From the human T2T-CHM13v2.0 reference genome, Homo sapiens: a stretch of DNA of 64,000 nt. Made by a program: the position numbers and the translations under genes. The DNA is taken from assembly GCF_009914755.1 (NCBI RefSeq), contig NC_060927.1. The stretch is one strand, 5' to 3'. The notes beneath the pieces were generated by a model, which saw only the letters and a program-made list of their open reading frames with translations, was not told where the DNA came from and ran no database searches. Every line of letters begins with the position of its first letter. Positions within the stretch are counted from its first letter, which is position 1. Of this stretch, positions 52,842-63,569 are shown one piece after another.

Positions 52842-53100
52842 CCTAAGTGTAATGTGCAAGCCTTAATGGGGCAATTTACTTTTGCTCTATGATATTTAGA
52901 AAGGTGTCCAGGTCTAAACTCAGCTCTCGCCTTTTTCCCTTCTGGAAAACTGAGTAGACTCACAGAAGGTGCCTCTGCGAAAGATCATACAAATCAACAG
53001 CCTTACCTGTGGCCATTCAGAAGACTGCACTTTGGTGTGTGTTTAAAACTATGAATAAAGTCAGATACAGCGCATGCTCAGCAGGCAATTTAAAAATATT
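52842..53100 (-). other. Candidate exon with two alternative donors (53007 and 52842)
   Basis: CAG|gtaagg at 53007 and AGG|gtaagt at 52842; acceptor-like tctttcgcag| at 52974. Confidence 0.45.
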
Positions 53101-54730
53101 TATAACATTGTTGTTTCAAAAACAAATTTCCTCAAACAAAGCAAAACTCAAATTTTTTTATCCATGCCAAGTTTAACGTTCTGAGACAAAGCTGTTTTGG
53201 AGTTTTCCGCTGAAGGAAAAAAGGCTTTTAAAATTTTTTGTTGAACGAAAAATAGTTCTCTCTTCCCTTTTGGGTACGCTTAAAGGGGTGGAATAAATTT
53301 TTCTCCAAGTTTCAACAAAATTCACCTCTGGCTATGATAAGGCATTACAAATTTAAGGTCTGTAAAAAATAATTTTAGAGAAACTAACAAGAAACTAAAA
53401 ACTATGGGTTTAAAGAATGTAATGGTCATCTGAACTTTCAAGGCAGTCTTGCATGTAACTATACAAAAATTATATCCTGATACAAACAGGATATATTATA
53501 TGTAGATAAGAATAATGTGTATACAACCATATGCATACCTAGAGAAGTTTTATTTTTCTTTTGCTAACTAAAATCAGAACTCTCTAAAGCCGAAAAAGAA
53601 ATACAACAAAAATTTAGGAGAAACCCAGTAATAACATCGGCACAATTCATCTGTTTTTCATAGCAAGCGTGGAAAAGAAGGCAATCATACCAATTGATTA
53701 AATTTTGAGATATATAAAATAAAAATTTGATAAAAGAAGGTTTTTAAAGTATGAATTGCAGTAGAAATGCCTGTTTCGTTCCTGGTTGAAAATTTCTTTC
53801 TCTTCCTTGAATATCCCTAAGCATTCCATTTTACCATCTATCACCAAACCCTGAACAGCTCACAGATCTCACAGATCTTATTTAAATCTCTTACTTAATT
53901 CTTAAGTCTCTGAATGAATTTCAGCTCCTGCTCTACTTTCCAAGGGTGCTCAGCTGGCCTCACAAAAGCTCCACAGACACATCGTTCACTATCTCTGATG
54001 CTTTCAAGCTTAACAGAGGATGCCAAAAAAAAAAAAAAAATCAACGATTAAAAAAAGTTTATTAAAGTGAAACTAGGAGTGCAAATTTGAAGAAGTTGCT
54101 TCTACTTTTATTTCTCTCTCAACTCAGCACAGGTGTTTCCTAACTTATACTGCTGTGCATGCTGATGAAGGGGAGGGTTAAATTAAGGTGAGGGAGTGGG
54201 CCAAGGGCAGACCAACAAGCATATAGGATCTCCAGCCTCATGTATTAATGGATGTGTTTAAAAATGGACCCCCCAAAAAGCCTAGAATGAGGTTTCTTTT
54301 TGGCAAATAATTAAACCAGTATACTGAAATAATTAAAGCTTTGTCTTTAAATAAAGCATCAGATCAACAGAACAAAAACAAAGATAAAAATTGCACACAC
54401 ATATGCATGTGCGCACACACGCTATGACACACACAGATACGCAAAACTAGTGGGTGAGGGGAGAAGGAAATTAAATAAAAGAAAACAAACAGAGTCCTAA
54501 CAGGCCATTCTCCGAAAAGGAATCTAAATAAAAAGTCATATGATATCTGATAGTGCAGGACACGTCGCCAAGAACTGGAGCGGATTGCCTACAGGAAGAA
54601 AGGGCCAGTGTATTCCAGCTCAAAGAGCTTTTCTTTCCTCCTCCTCTATTTTTTTTCCCTTTTCTCCTCGACTGTGAATGTGTCACTCTCAGGTCAGATC
54701 CACGAAGAATCCCAGAATGACAGCTATCAC

Positions 54731-54855
54731 CTGTCACTGTACTCTTGGCGGCACAACTAGCTGATAGGAGCTGCCTGAGTTGGGATCAAGAAGAGCTAGT
54801 GCAGCTTTCAGTAACAGCCTGTTATCCCAGTCCCTCTGCCCCTTTCAAAGATCCC
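54731..54855 (-). other. Candidate 125-nt exon in a CpG-bearing block
   Basis: First AG after a 163-nt AG-free T-rich tract; weak donor CAG|gtgata. Confidence 0.3.
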
Positions 54856-56735
54856 CTTGGTCACATCAAAAACAGACCAAAAAGAAAAAGAAAAAAGAAA
54901 AAAAAGGGGGGGTACCAAATGAAAAATTAAAAATGCAGGGACAACAGCCCACAGCAACAAAAGAATTCAGGGAGAAAAAATAGAACACAAGCAAAAAGGA
55001 AAAAAGCAAAACCAAAACAACTCTTGTCTTCAATATAAAACTTTTTAAAGACTGAGTTTCTCTTATTTGGATGACATTCTTTTTAAAAGTATTTTTCTCC
55101 TTAAGCACTATTAAAAGCATTAAAAAATTCTACAAAAATACAGAAAAGTCTGAAAGCAATTCAAGAATATTCCTAAAGAAAACATGTAAGTGTAAGAAGT
55201 GAGTTACCCTGGAAAATTCTGGATTTGCCAAAAGTTCCCCTACTTCTAATATCTTTCAGTGAGTTCAAGTGCTAACACTGGCCACCTAGTACTTGTTTTT
55301 TATCTGAGGATCATTACTGAGGCAACACATACATAGTAAGGTTTCCCGAAAAGACTCCTTGTTATCAAGTTACTTCAAACATAAGGCACTCACACCTCCC
55401 AGCCAGGAGGGTTTTTTGATGAGCATCACACTCTGCCCTGATATGTATTACACCCTTAAGAAGCAGTTACATAAATGCATTCTATAATTATGGAAAATGT
55501 ATATATCTATATTTTCCCCTACATTTTCCCTCCCCAGGGATATGAATAGATTTTATTTTCAGTTAATAGAAAAAAAAGAAAAGAGTTTCTGATTCTTGAA
55601 ACAACTGTTGTAGCTGTTTTCTACTTAGCAAAACAGTTATCTGTAGTTAGGAATGGTACATAATATATATTTAAGGATTTTTGTAGAGCTTGAGAATTGT
55701 TCCCCTTGTTTAGTTTCGTGTCTATAATGTACCTTAAAAAGATTTCTAAGTGACAATCAACATATAAATGCATTAAGAGAACTTTAAGAAAGAAAACATT
55801 ATCTTGGGTTTACAAATCCAGGATATTAGCATAAAGATATAAATGTACAGCATATATAAAAGATAAAATTGTTTACTACATTTTACACATACAGCTCACA
55901 TCTGATTTCTTTTTGCTTTTGTTGGAGCATTAATTTGAAAATGATAAGCATTCTGAAATGTTTGCTACAACACAAATTCATGGTAAAAATATACATGCAT
56001 AGGCAAAAATTGAAATGGAGAACACAAAGCTACGTGGCAATCAGAATCGTTGACAAAATCTCCATCTAGACTATATTTTGCATGAACTAGTGTATCATAG
56101 AAGGGGCAAGAAATCTCTCTGGGGGTTTTGTCATTTACATAATTAGAAACAAAAATAAAATACAAATATCTGCTCCCTTACTACCTTTTCTTAATAACTG
56201 ACAAGTGACACAAGTGGTACCTTTTAAACAGATGGATGCAAAAACTTGTGAGATCGAATGAACTGATGTACCCCATTGGTATTTTGGGAACCCAAATTCC
56301 ATAATTAACTTTTTACCCAAGTGGCAAAAGTAGAAGATGTTCTAGTCACCAAATTGATTATTTGATGGACTTTTGTTCTTTCTTCCACAAGATTTTGGCG
56401 ACCCAGAAAGGGTAAAGACATGATAAGAGAAGATGCATCCTGAACAACTTTTATTGTGAGTAGAAAAAAAATAGCATAAAGTGAGCATAAGAACAGTTGG
56501 ATTTGGAAAGATTAAAAGAGGAGAAAAGAGCAACATATGCAACTTAACTAGTCTTTTTCTTTTTAATTTTTTCATGTACATATATGTATATATTGGGATG
56601 ATGGGGAGAAAAGATAACTGGATTTCTTTTGAATGTCTTTGTGTCTTTATAGAGTGAATGTTCTGTTCCTGTCTCTTTCTTTTTAGGCGAAAAACTAATA
56701 AAAATAGAAAAACATATATCAGACATTAAGCTCAC

Positions 56736-56988
56736 TCCCCCCCCCCCCCACCCTTCCCTTTGTAAAGAACTCTTTGTTCTCTAGTGAAAATGCTGAAAAA
56801 TCCCCGGGCAGCTACTCCCTGAAACAAGTGCAAAACACTTAGAGGCTTTTGGGCTGGCTGGGAGCCAGAAACCCTCCCGCTGTCTGGTTAGAAGAGGAAA
56901 AAAAGAAGAGAGAGGGAGAGGGAGAGAGGGGAAGAGGGATGGGGGGCAGAGAGAGAGGAAGAGAGAGAGGAAGAGAGAGGAAAAGAGA

Positions 56989-57034
<46 letters not shown>

Positions 57035-57100
57035 TGGAGCTTCCTTTAATAGACATAGGAAGCAGCGTTTTTTTCTTTCTTTTTTTTCAAAACTGGCGGT
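56736..57100 (-). other. Candidate alternative first exon with CT-rich leader
   Basis: (CT)n leader, CpG-bearing body, ending in G13-A|gtgagc. The TSS position cannot be determined from sequence. Confidence 0.4.
56890..57031. repeat. Polypurine tract including (GA)20 at 56992-57031
   Basis: Read directly. Confidence 0.97.
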
Positions 57101-57399
57101 CAAGCGTTAAGTAACTCCCGTCTAAATCCACCTGCTAGAAATGAACTTGGGTAACCCCCCAGGGGTGCACAAAGACAGGGAAGACAGTAACATACTCCAT
57201 ACTCTTTCCCACCCCCCGTTGTACTGCTTCCATTCTTTCTGCTCTCATACACAAATGCCCACAGCTTCTCACGCCGCCCCTCTTACCCCCCAACAACAAA
57301 CACAGCAAAATACATGCTCCCTCGGTCTCCTAAAAAAAAAAAAAAGGCTTTTCCATCTCGGTTGCGACACAGTGATAAGGGGTAGCGAACATCTCATAC

Positions 57400-58015
57400 C
57401 TGGTGTGAATGCTAATCAGTCAGGAGTTCTCCTTTTCCCAAGACAGGGAACTGTTTCCTTCCAAATTTATTAGAACCTCCTCCACTGCCTCTTTGAAAAA
57501 CCTTCTTTGTCACCCTCTCCCAAGTCCCGATACTTCTTTAAAAAAAAAATGGCTTCGGAGCTCCTTCTATTCTTGATATTGATTCTCTCTCTCTCCCCCC
57601 ACCCCTCCTCCTCTCTCCTGTCTGTGTCTCTTCTGAGTGGTCTATTGATAAGTCCCTGGAGGCACTGGGTCAGCCTGCCCGTAGGAAACCAGACACAATG
57701 CACAAATCTCCGAGTGCCATTCTGCCATCAGCAAGCAGACCACGTTTAGGAGAGAGAGAGAGGAAAAAAAAACAGTAGAGCAAGAGACAGAGAGAGAGAG
57801 AGAGAGAGACACCAACCGAGGGAGGGAGAGAGAGACTGAGAGAGAGGAAGAGAGAGGGGGAAGAGAGAGAGGGGGGGGAGAGAGAGAGAGAGAGGGAGAG
57901 AGAGGAGAGACGGAGAGAGAGAGTGTGTGAGAAAAAGACTGATTGGAACAGGAGGGAGAGAGAGAGAAAAGGAGAAGGAGAGAGAGCGCGAGAGGGAGAG
58001 CGGCACTGCCAGTCA
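57400..58015 (-). other. Candidate ~600-nt non-coding first exon
   Basis: Starts near ctgactggcagtgccgctctccc, has a long CT-rich leader, and ends CACCAG|gtatga. Confidence 0.55.
57749..58000. repeat. GA-rich low-complexity polypurine tract (~250 bp)
   Basis: Read directly. Confidence 0.95.
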
Positions 58016-58679
58016 GGTTAATCATCCCTACTTTAATTAGCTGTTCGGCTTAGACATAAAACAATTGAATTTGAATGATCTGTCAGCAGGCTCGGCTGAA
58101 CCAAAGGGGAAAAGCGAATATTACAAAAAGACTGTTGGTGTGTTCTGATAAGCAATACTGCTCGTACTGACAAATCCTCAAAGGGGGAACTATTAAAACT
58201 TACAACTAAACAAAAAGTGCAAATACAAATGGCACTAGATAGAGGTCTTTAAAAAATGGAGTTTTCTCCTCTAGTTTTATGAACCATAGATATTTATGTG
58301 CAGGTGCCAACATATTAGGGGTTTTCGTGTAATGTGTGAAAGTTTATTAACGATGGTCTAGGAGTGTAGCAGACAGATGCTGCAGAGAACAAGACAGGTA
58401 CAGTCAGATGCCGAATCTAGATCTTGGAGGGAGAAGGATGCTGGAAGAAGAGGCACCGTGGCAAGAGATCAGCACAGACAAAGTCAGTGGGCAGATAGGC
58501 AGACAGATTTTAGGCACGGCATGATCTCATCTAAAAAGGCAAAAGTTCTGATGCAATATTAGGTACAAAACAATCCATCCATCCTCCTCTCCCGGGTGCA
58601 CTCCAAGGTACAGTTAAAATGGATTAATCTTTGTGACAAACAGAGCTGGCAAGGCAGACACTGAAGGCGATTTGCAGAC

Positions 58680-58825
58680 CCAGAGAATACAGAGCTAGAA
58701 AAAGCCCCAGAGATCAATCTCTCCCCCTCCCAATTTAGTAGAGAGGAAACTGAGGCCCAGAGTCGACACTAGACACTAGGACTCCAGGAGCCCACCAGGC
58801 CAGTGCTCTTTCCACCACACCAGCT
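58680..58825 (-). mobile_element. MIR3 SINE
   Basis: agaggaaactgaggcccagag...ccaggccagtgctctttccaccacacca. Confidence 0.8.
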
Positions 58826-58994
58826 AACCTAGAGTATTCTTTGAAGATCTGGCCCAACAGGTATGAAAATCACCCTTACCTCCCAAATAAGAATATTACT
58901 CCACCTATATAGTTAGTGCACAAACCTCCAATTTCTCAAAATGTTTAAATAGCCAAATGGAAATATAATTACATATATAAATACATTTCCACTT

Positions 58995-59048
58995 TATATA
59001 TATGTGTGTTTATGTATATATATATATATGGAGAGAGAGAGAGAGAGA
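58995..59048. repeat. Compound (TA)n/(GA)n microsatellite
   Basis: Read directly. Confidence 0.9.
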
Positions 59049-60055
59049 CCATTTTGAATGCTAGGAACAAGGGATTTAAGTCTTTAATTCATTCTAGGAG
59101 AAAAGCAGAAAAATATAATATTGTAGAGGCCTCGTCTCAGCAAGATATAACTTGTGTCACATTTTCAAGCTAATGAAGGCTAGTGGTTTGATCTACAAAG
59201 ACCTCACCCTGAATTTACAATTCGCTCTATGAACATCATCTGCTATATATCACCAAGTGAGAAGATGTGGTTTTTCTCATACACCTCGTTTCTAAAATAT
59301 AGGCACATTGTGGGTGAAAGAGATTGAGTCTTTCAGCATACTATGTAGTTTTAAAGCACTGATGAGATTTTCCACCTGGAGAATTAGGTATGTACAACCT
59401 TTCCAATATATTTCAATTGAAAATGAGCTACTAAAAAGGGGAAACTATATTTTCCGCCCATGAAAGTGATGGTATCTTTTTCGGGACACATATGATCATG
59501 TTCACTAAGGATTCCCTTTTGACAATGGGTAATTGAAGGTCCAGTTTTTAAATGGTGAAAGAGGTGCTTATGAAGAGAACAGTGCCATCAGATGTTACTG
59601 GAGAGATTAAGTTTCTTGCCCTAAAACAAGACTCAGGATGTGTATGAAACCGAAAACTATCTCTCAGTCATGCTTCAGCAACAACATTGCTACTTAGGGA
59701 GAAAGAAGAAAACCGAAAGAAATGTCAGGCACGTGGGAGCCCACTCAAAGACAAGTAATCTGAGAGAAGTCATAGCCAGAGTAATTTAGTTTATTTGCAC
59801 ACCAACCTCTTTAACAATGGCTGCTATGCCATGCCTAAAACACACGGCCTACAGTTGACTGATTTGGAAAGGGGGAAGGAATCAGTGATTTTGATAATGG
59901 CAGATCCTTTGGCAAGCCCCAAAATACCTGATAGGCCAGAGCCCAGAAGAAAGCAGTGGAGTGCTTAGTAAATGTCTGTTGGTGAACTGAGAAAAAAGAA
60001 CAAGAGCTTTGGAGCAAACACATATTTATATATAACACTGCAAAAGTCACAGCTA

Positions 60056-60177
60056 CTCTGAAAGCCTCAGTTTTCCTTTCTGTAAAAGGTGATGATATTG
60101 GTCCCATAGAGTTGTCTTAAGGATGACATGAGGAAACATATAAAGTACACAGCTAGTCATTACACGGTAGTTATTAT
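60056..60177 (+). mobile_element. MIR SINE 3' half
   Basis: gcctcagttttcctttctgtaaaagg...cccatagagttgtcttaaggatgacatgag. Confidence 0.75.
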
Positions 60178-60427
60178 GGAGGAAGGTGTGTAAACAAAAG
60201 TGTATATTATGGATGTGCTGAGTGTGTTATATTCAAAGCATGTAGGTTCAAGACATGAAAGCATATAGCAAAGCAAGGATCTAATATACAGATCTCTACT
60301 AGAAAGGATTGGCAGTAGAGATTATAAAGTTTAGAACTAAATTCCTAAAATCTAAACTTCAAGGATGTTAGGTCATCTGGGGTTGTATTATTTCTTTGTT
60401 CCCAGATTTTACTATATTTCCTGGCTC

Positions 60428-60688
60428 ATAATAATAATGATGGCCAACATATTACTAATTGGCTTTCCCTAAGCAGTCTGCTAAGGACTTTACATTTTAA
60501 AATCATACTTTAGCATCACAAGAATCCTATGAATGAGGTACTACCAATATCCGCATTTCATAGAAAAGAAAACTGAGGTATAGAAAGATTGTGTAACTTG
60601 CTCAAGATCACACGCCTAGCAAGTGAGGAGCTGGGAATTAAATCCAGCCAATCTGATTTTAAAGCCCGCATTCTCAGCCATGGTACTA
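60428..60688 (-). mobile_element. MIR SINE (near full length)
   Basis: gaaaactgaggtatagaaagattgtgtaacttgctcaagatcacacg...gagctgggaattaaatccag. Confidence 0.9.
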
Positions 60689-60690
60689 AA

Positions 60691-60734
60691 CTGGCACACA
60701 GTAGGTATTCAGTCAATGTGTGTTGAATGAATAA
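60691..60734 (+). mobile_element. L2 3' terminus
   Basis: ctggcacacagtaggtattcagtcaatgtgtgttgaatgaataa. Confidence 0.75.
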
Positions 60735-62310
60735 GCAAATAAAAAAAACACTAGAATTTTTATTTCATTGGAGATCAGTAATAATCTGTCCAAAACCACT
60801 TGAGAGAATCTTGTTTTCGAATTATAGAATCTGTCCTTCTTCTGTAGCTCACTTCAGGTGTAGTCCTTTGTCAGAAACCAGGGTGAGCCATGTCCCTGCA
60901 TGGTGCTGAAAATGGATGAAGGGAAGAGTGCTGACCATGACCACCCAGGGCATTTAAATATCTGACGGCATTTTCAGCACTTTGAGGACAGTGTTAGCAC
61001 AAGGGTTATTAATTGGCTTAATTCCAGTTCGGATAATTACATCGTGTCTCTTTAATTTTCCCCCGACTATGCCATTCTTCACTTCCTGTCACAAATGTGC
61101 TCTTTAAAAAAGCATACGAATACACACAAACATATAGTTATATTTAAGGTTTGCATAATCATTTAGGGTGCTTTTTTTTCTAAATGATCAGTGTATAGTA
61201 GCTATGTAATAAATGAATGGGCAAAAGAATTAAAGTCATTGTAAAATAAAGATAACTAGTTGAAGCTTTTTGTTTGGCAATGAAACAGATTTTTAAAACA
61301 TTTCCTTGGTGACAGAATTCCAATCACATTTTTTTCTCATGGGCAGATATTTCCAGAGCTGATGACCTGCTCATGATAAGCTGATTTTCTTACACTATGT
61401 AGTTTCCAGTATAAAAAAATACCAATGAAAACTTCGATATTTTAGAGTAGAAAATGAGACTAAGTCCTGAGTGGTAGAGCATACTGAACGTACGGGTTTT
61501 CAGTGAATTATTAACCCATTTATTAGCTCTGACTTACTTGACAGGTTTTTTTTTTTTATCTCCAAACATATCACTAGAATAATCTTCAAATTATGAAAGA
61601 AAAGGACAACATATCCTAATTTAATAAGCTTAGGAAAGTTTGACAGTCATAAACAGACACAACTCCTTTTCCTTTTTCCAAAGAATTCTTGGCCTTTGAA
61701 ATACTGTGCCTGCATTATACTAAAGAAACACTCCCAGAAAAATATGCTTAAAACATGTACACAAATAGGTAAATGCACCCATGGTAGACCATAGTTTATT
61801 AGGCCTTTTTAGTGTACATTTGTATGAATAAGTCATCAAATATAGGGAGTGTGGAAAATAAGAGAATAAAGGGTTAATTTATTTATTATGCAGGAAGGTT
61901 TCTAGATCTTTGCTCCTTCAGCTTTTAGTTCAAAATTCCATGCATATTCTGCACATAATAATAAATGCCATAATTCAACGTATCTCATAATTTGATTTAC
62001 TTTCAAGCACCTTTTTTTCTGGTTCAGCTCTTGAAGCCTTCCTTCTTATAAACTTCCTCCAAGTTATTTTTTGTAGCGCTCTGTAAAATATCATTTAAAG
62101 TTGGTGTTCATAAGATAACCCTCATGCTATAGAGAGATTTGTATCAAACTAGTCCATATTTCCTTTTGAGAACCAGTGGTCAAGTCCCATGCTCTTATCT
62201 GAGAACAAGCCACAATAAATATATAAAACAGCCCTTTCCCACCTGTTTGACCCCTGTAATAATGATAGCAGTCTCTCAGTGACTGCCCTCTGGTTAGTTA
62301 CTCATTCCTT

Positions 62311-62405
62311 AAGACTGAGCTCTTCCAGGACAAGGTCTTTCCATTCTACCTTGTATATTTAATGTATTGTCCAGCATCACACCTGCCATGGTGGTAGATG
62401 ATCTC
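62311..62405 (+). mobile_element. L2 3'-end fragment
   Basis: agactgagctcttccaggacaagg...ccagcatcacacctgccatggtggtagatg. Confidence 0.55.
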
Positions 62406-62787
62406 CCAGAAAAGCTGGAAGCAACAAATTTTAATTCCCTTTGTTCTTTATGAGTAAATACAAATTTTTCTCTCTGTGTGTCAAGTTTTCAACATGTAAA
62501 AGGGGCATACTTTATCCTAAGATTAGTGATTTGATGTTCAGAAAATAATATTGGAGGGTATAGTATTTAAGAATTAGCTAGTGAAAAGCACTTGTTTTGG
62601 TTATTTTCATAGTATCGCCACTATTTTTATAGCAAGAAGTACTTAGAAAACATGTTTTAAATTCAAAATTTAGGTGAATTTTGAATTCAAAAGAAAAGTG
62701 GACAAGATTTATCCTGAATATTAGAGATAGTAAGCACTTGGTTTTTAAATGCCATTTAGGAACAGCCTGACAGATTTTATACAAGCA

Positions 62788-62945
62788 GAAGGTATTTAGG
62801 AAATTCTCTGGTTCTCTCAGTTTACAGAGAAGAGCTGAGTGGCAGAGATATTTTATCTGACAAGCTTAAGGTAAAAAAACTTGGTAGAAGTGAACTAGTG
62901 CTGGAACCCAGTCTGTCTGTCCCTGGTTCCACACTCTTCTCACTC
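62788..62945 (-). mobile_element. MIR/MIR3 SINE (degenerate)
   Basis: ctcagtttacagagaagagctgag...gctggaacccagtctgtctg...cactcttctcact. Confidence 0.65.
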
Positions 62946-63089
62946 ATACTTTGAAAGATGGCTTTTATACTCTTGACTCCAGATCCCCTCTTTTTTGGAC
63001 ATATTTTACTGACGGAACTCTTAAATTCTGGTGCTGATAAAGGGGTACAATATTCCTAATGTAGTCTGATAAACACACTACAAAGGAAC

Positions 63090-63569
63090 TATAGTAGGCT
63101 GAGGAATGGCCCCCCCCAAAAGATATCCATGTCCTAATCCCCAGAACCTTTGAATGTTACCTTACGTGGCAAAGGGGTCTTGCAAATATGATTAAATTAA
63201 GGCTATTAAAATGAGGAGATTATCCTGGATTTTCTAGGTGGACTCTAACTGTAATCACAAAGGTTCTTATAAGAGAGAGGCAGGAGGATCAGAGTTAGCA
63301 GATGTGATGACAGAAACAAGAGGTTGGGGTTATTTGAAGAAGGGGTCATGCACCAAGGAGTGCAGGGTCCTCCAAAAGATAGAAAAGGCAAATAAATGGA
63401 TCCTCCTTTATAGCCGCTAAAAGGAACCAGCCCTCCCAACACCTTTACTTTAGTACAGTGAAACTGATTTGAGACTTCTGGTTTCAGAACTGTAAGAGAA
63501 TACATTTGCATTGTTTTAAACCACCAAGCTTGTGGTAATTTGTTATAACAGCCATAGGAAATTAACACA
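63090..63569 (+). mobile_element. MLT1D (ERVL-MaLR) solo LTR
   Basis: aatggccccc..aaagatatccatgtcctaatccccagaacc...ccttacgtggcaaa...gagattatcctggat...cagaactgtaagagaata...tttgttataacagccataggaaattaacaca. Near-identical 5-bp TSD ggaac/gggac. Confidence 0.93.

Larger units (their letters stand above)
1..58020 (-). other. ZBTB20: Intronic/5'-UTR portion of a large minus-strand gene (tentatively ZBTB20); no coding exon in window
   Basis: Candidate first exons with minus-strand GT donors at 57400, 56736, 53007/52842 and 50928. Candidate internal exons with minus-strand AG/GT signals at lower coordinates. No coding exon in the ~57 kb downstream. The gene name rests on recalled locus architecture only and is not verified by alignment. 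Confidence 0.5.
56890..58150 (-). promoter_or_regulatory. CpG-poor GA/CT-repeat promoter region
   Basis: Two polypurine blocks, locally raised CpG frequency, downstream minus-strand donors, and no recognisable transposons. Confidence 0.6.

Noticed and set aside
56781-58025. Overlapping Ser/Leu-rich and Arg/Glu-rich ORFs
   Set aside because: Stop-free frames produced by (CT)n/(GA)n repeats. Only the 28-aa uORF was kept as a lead.
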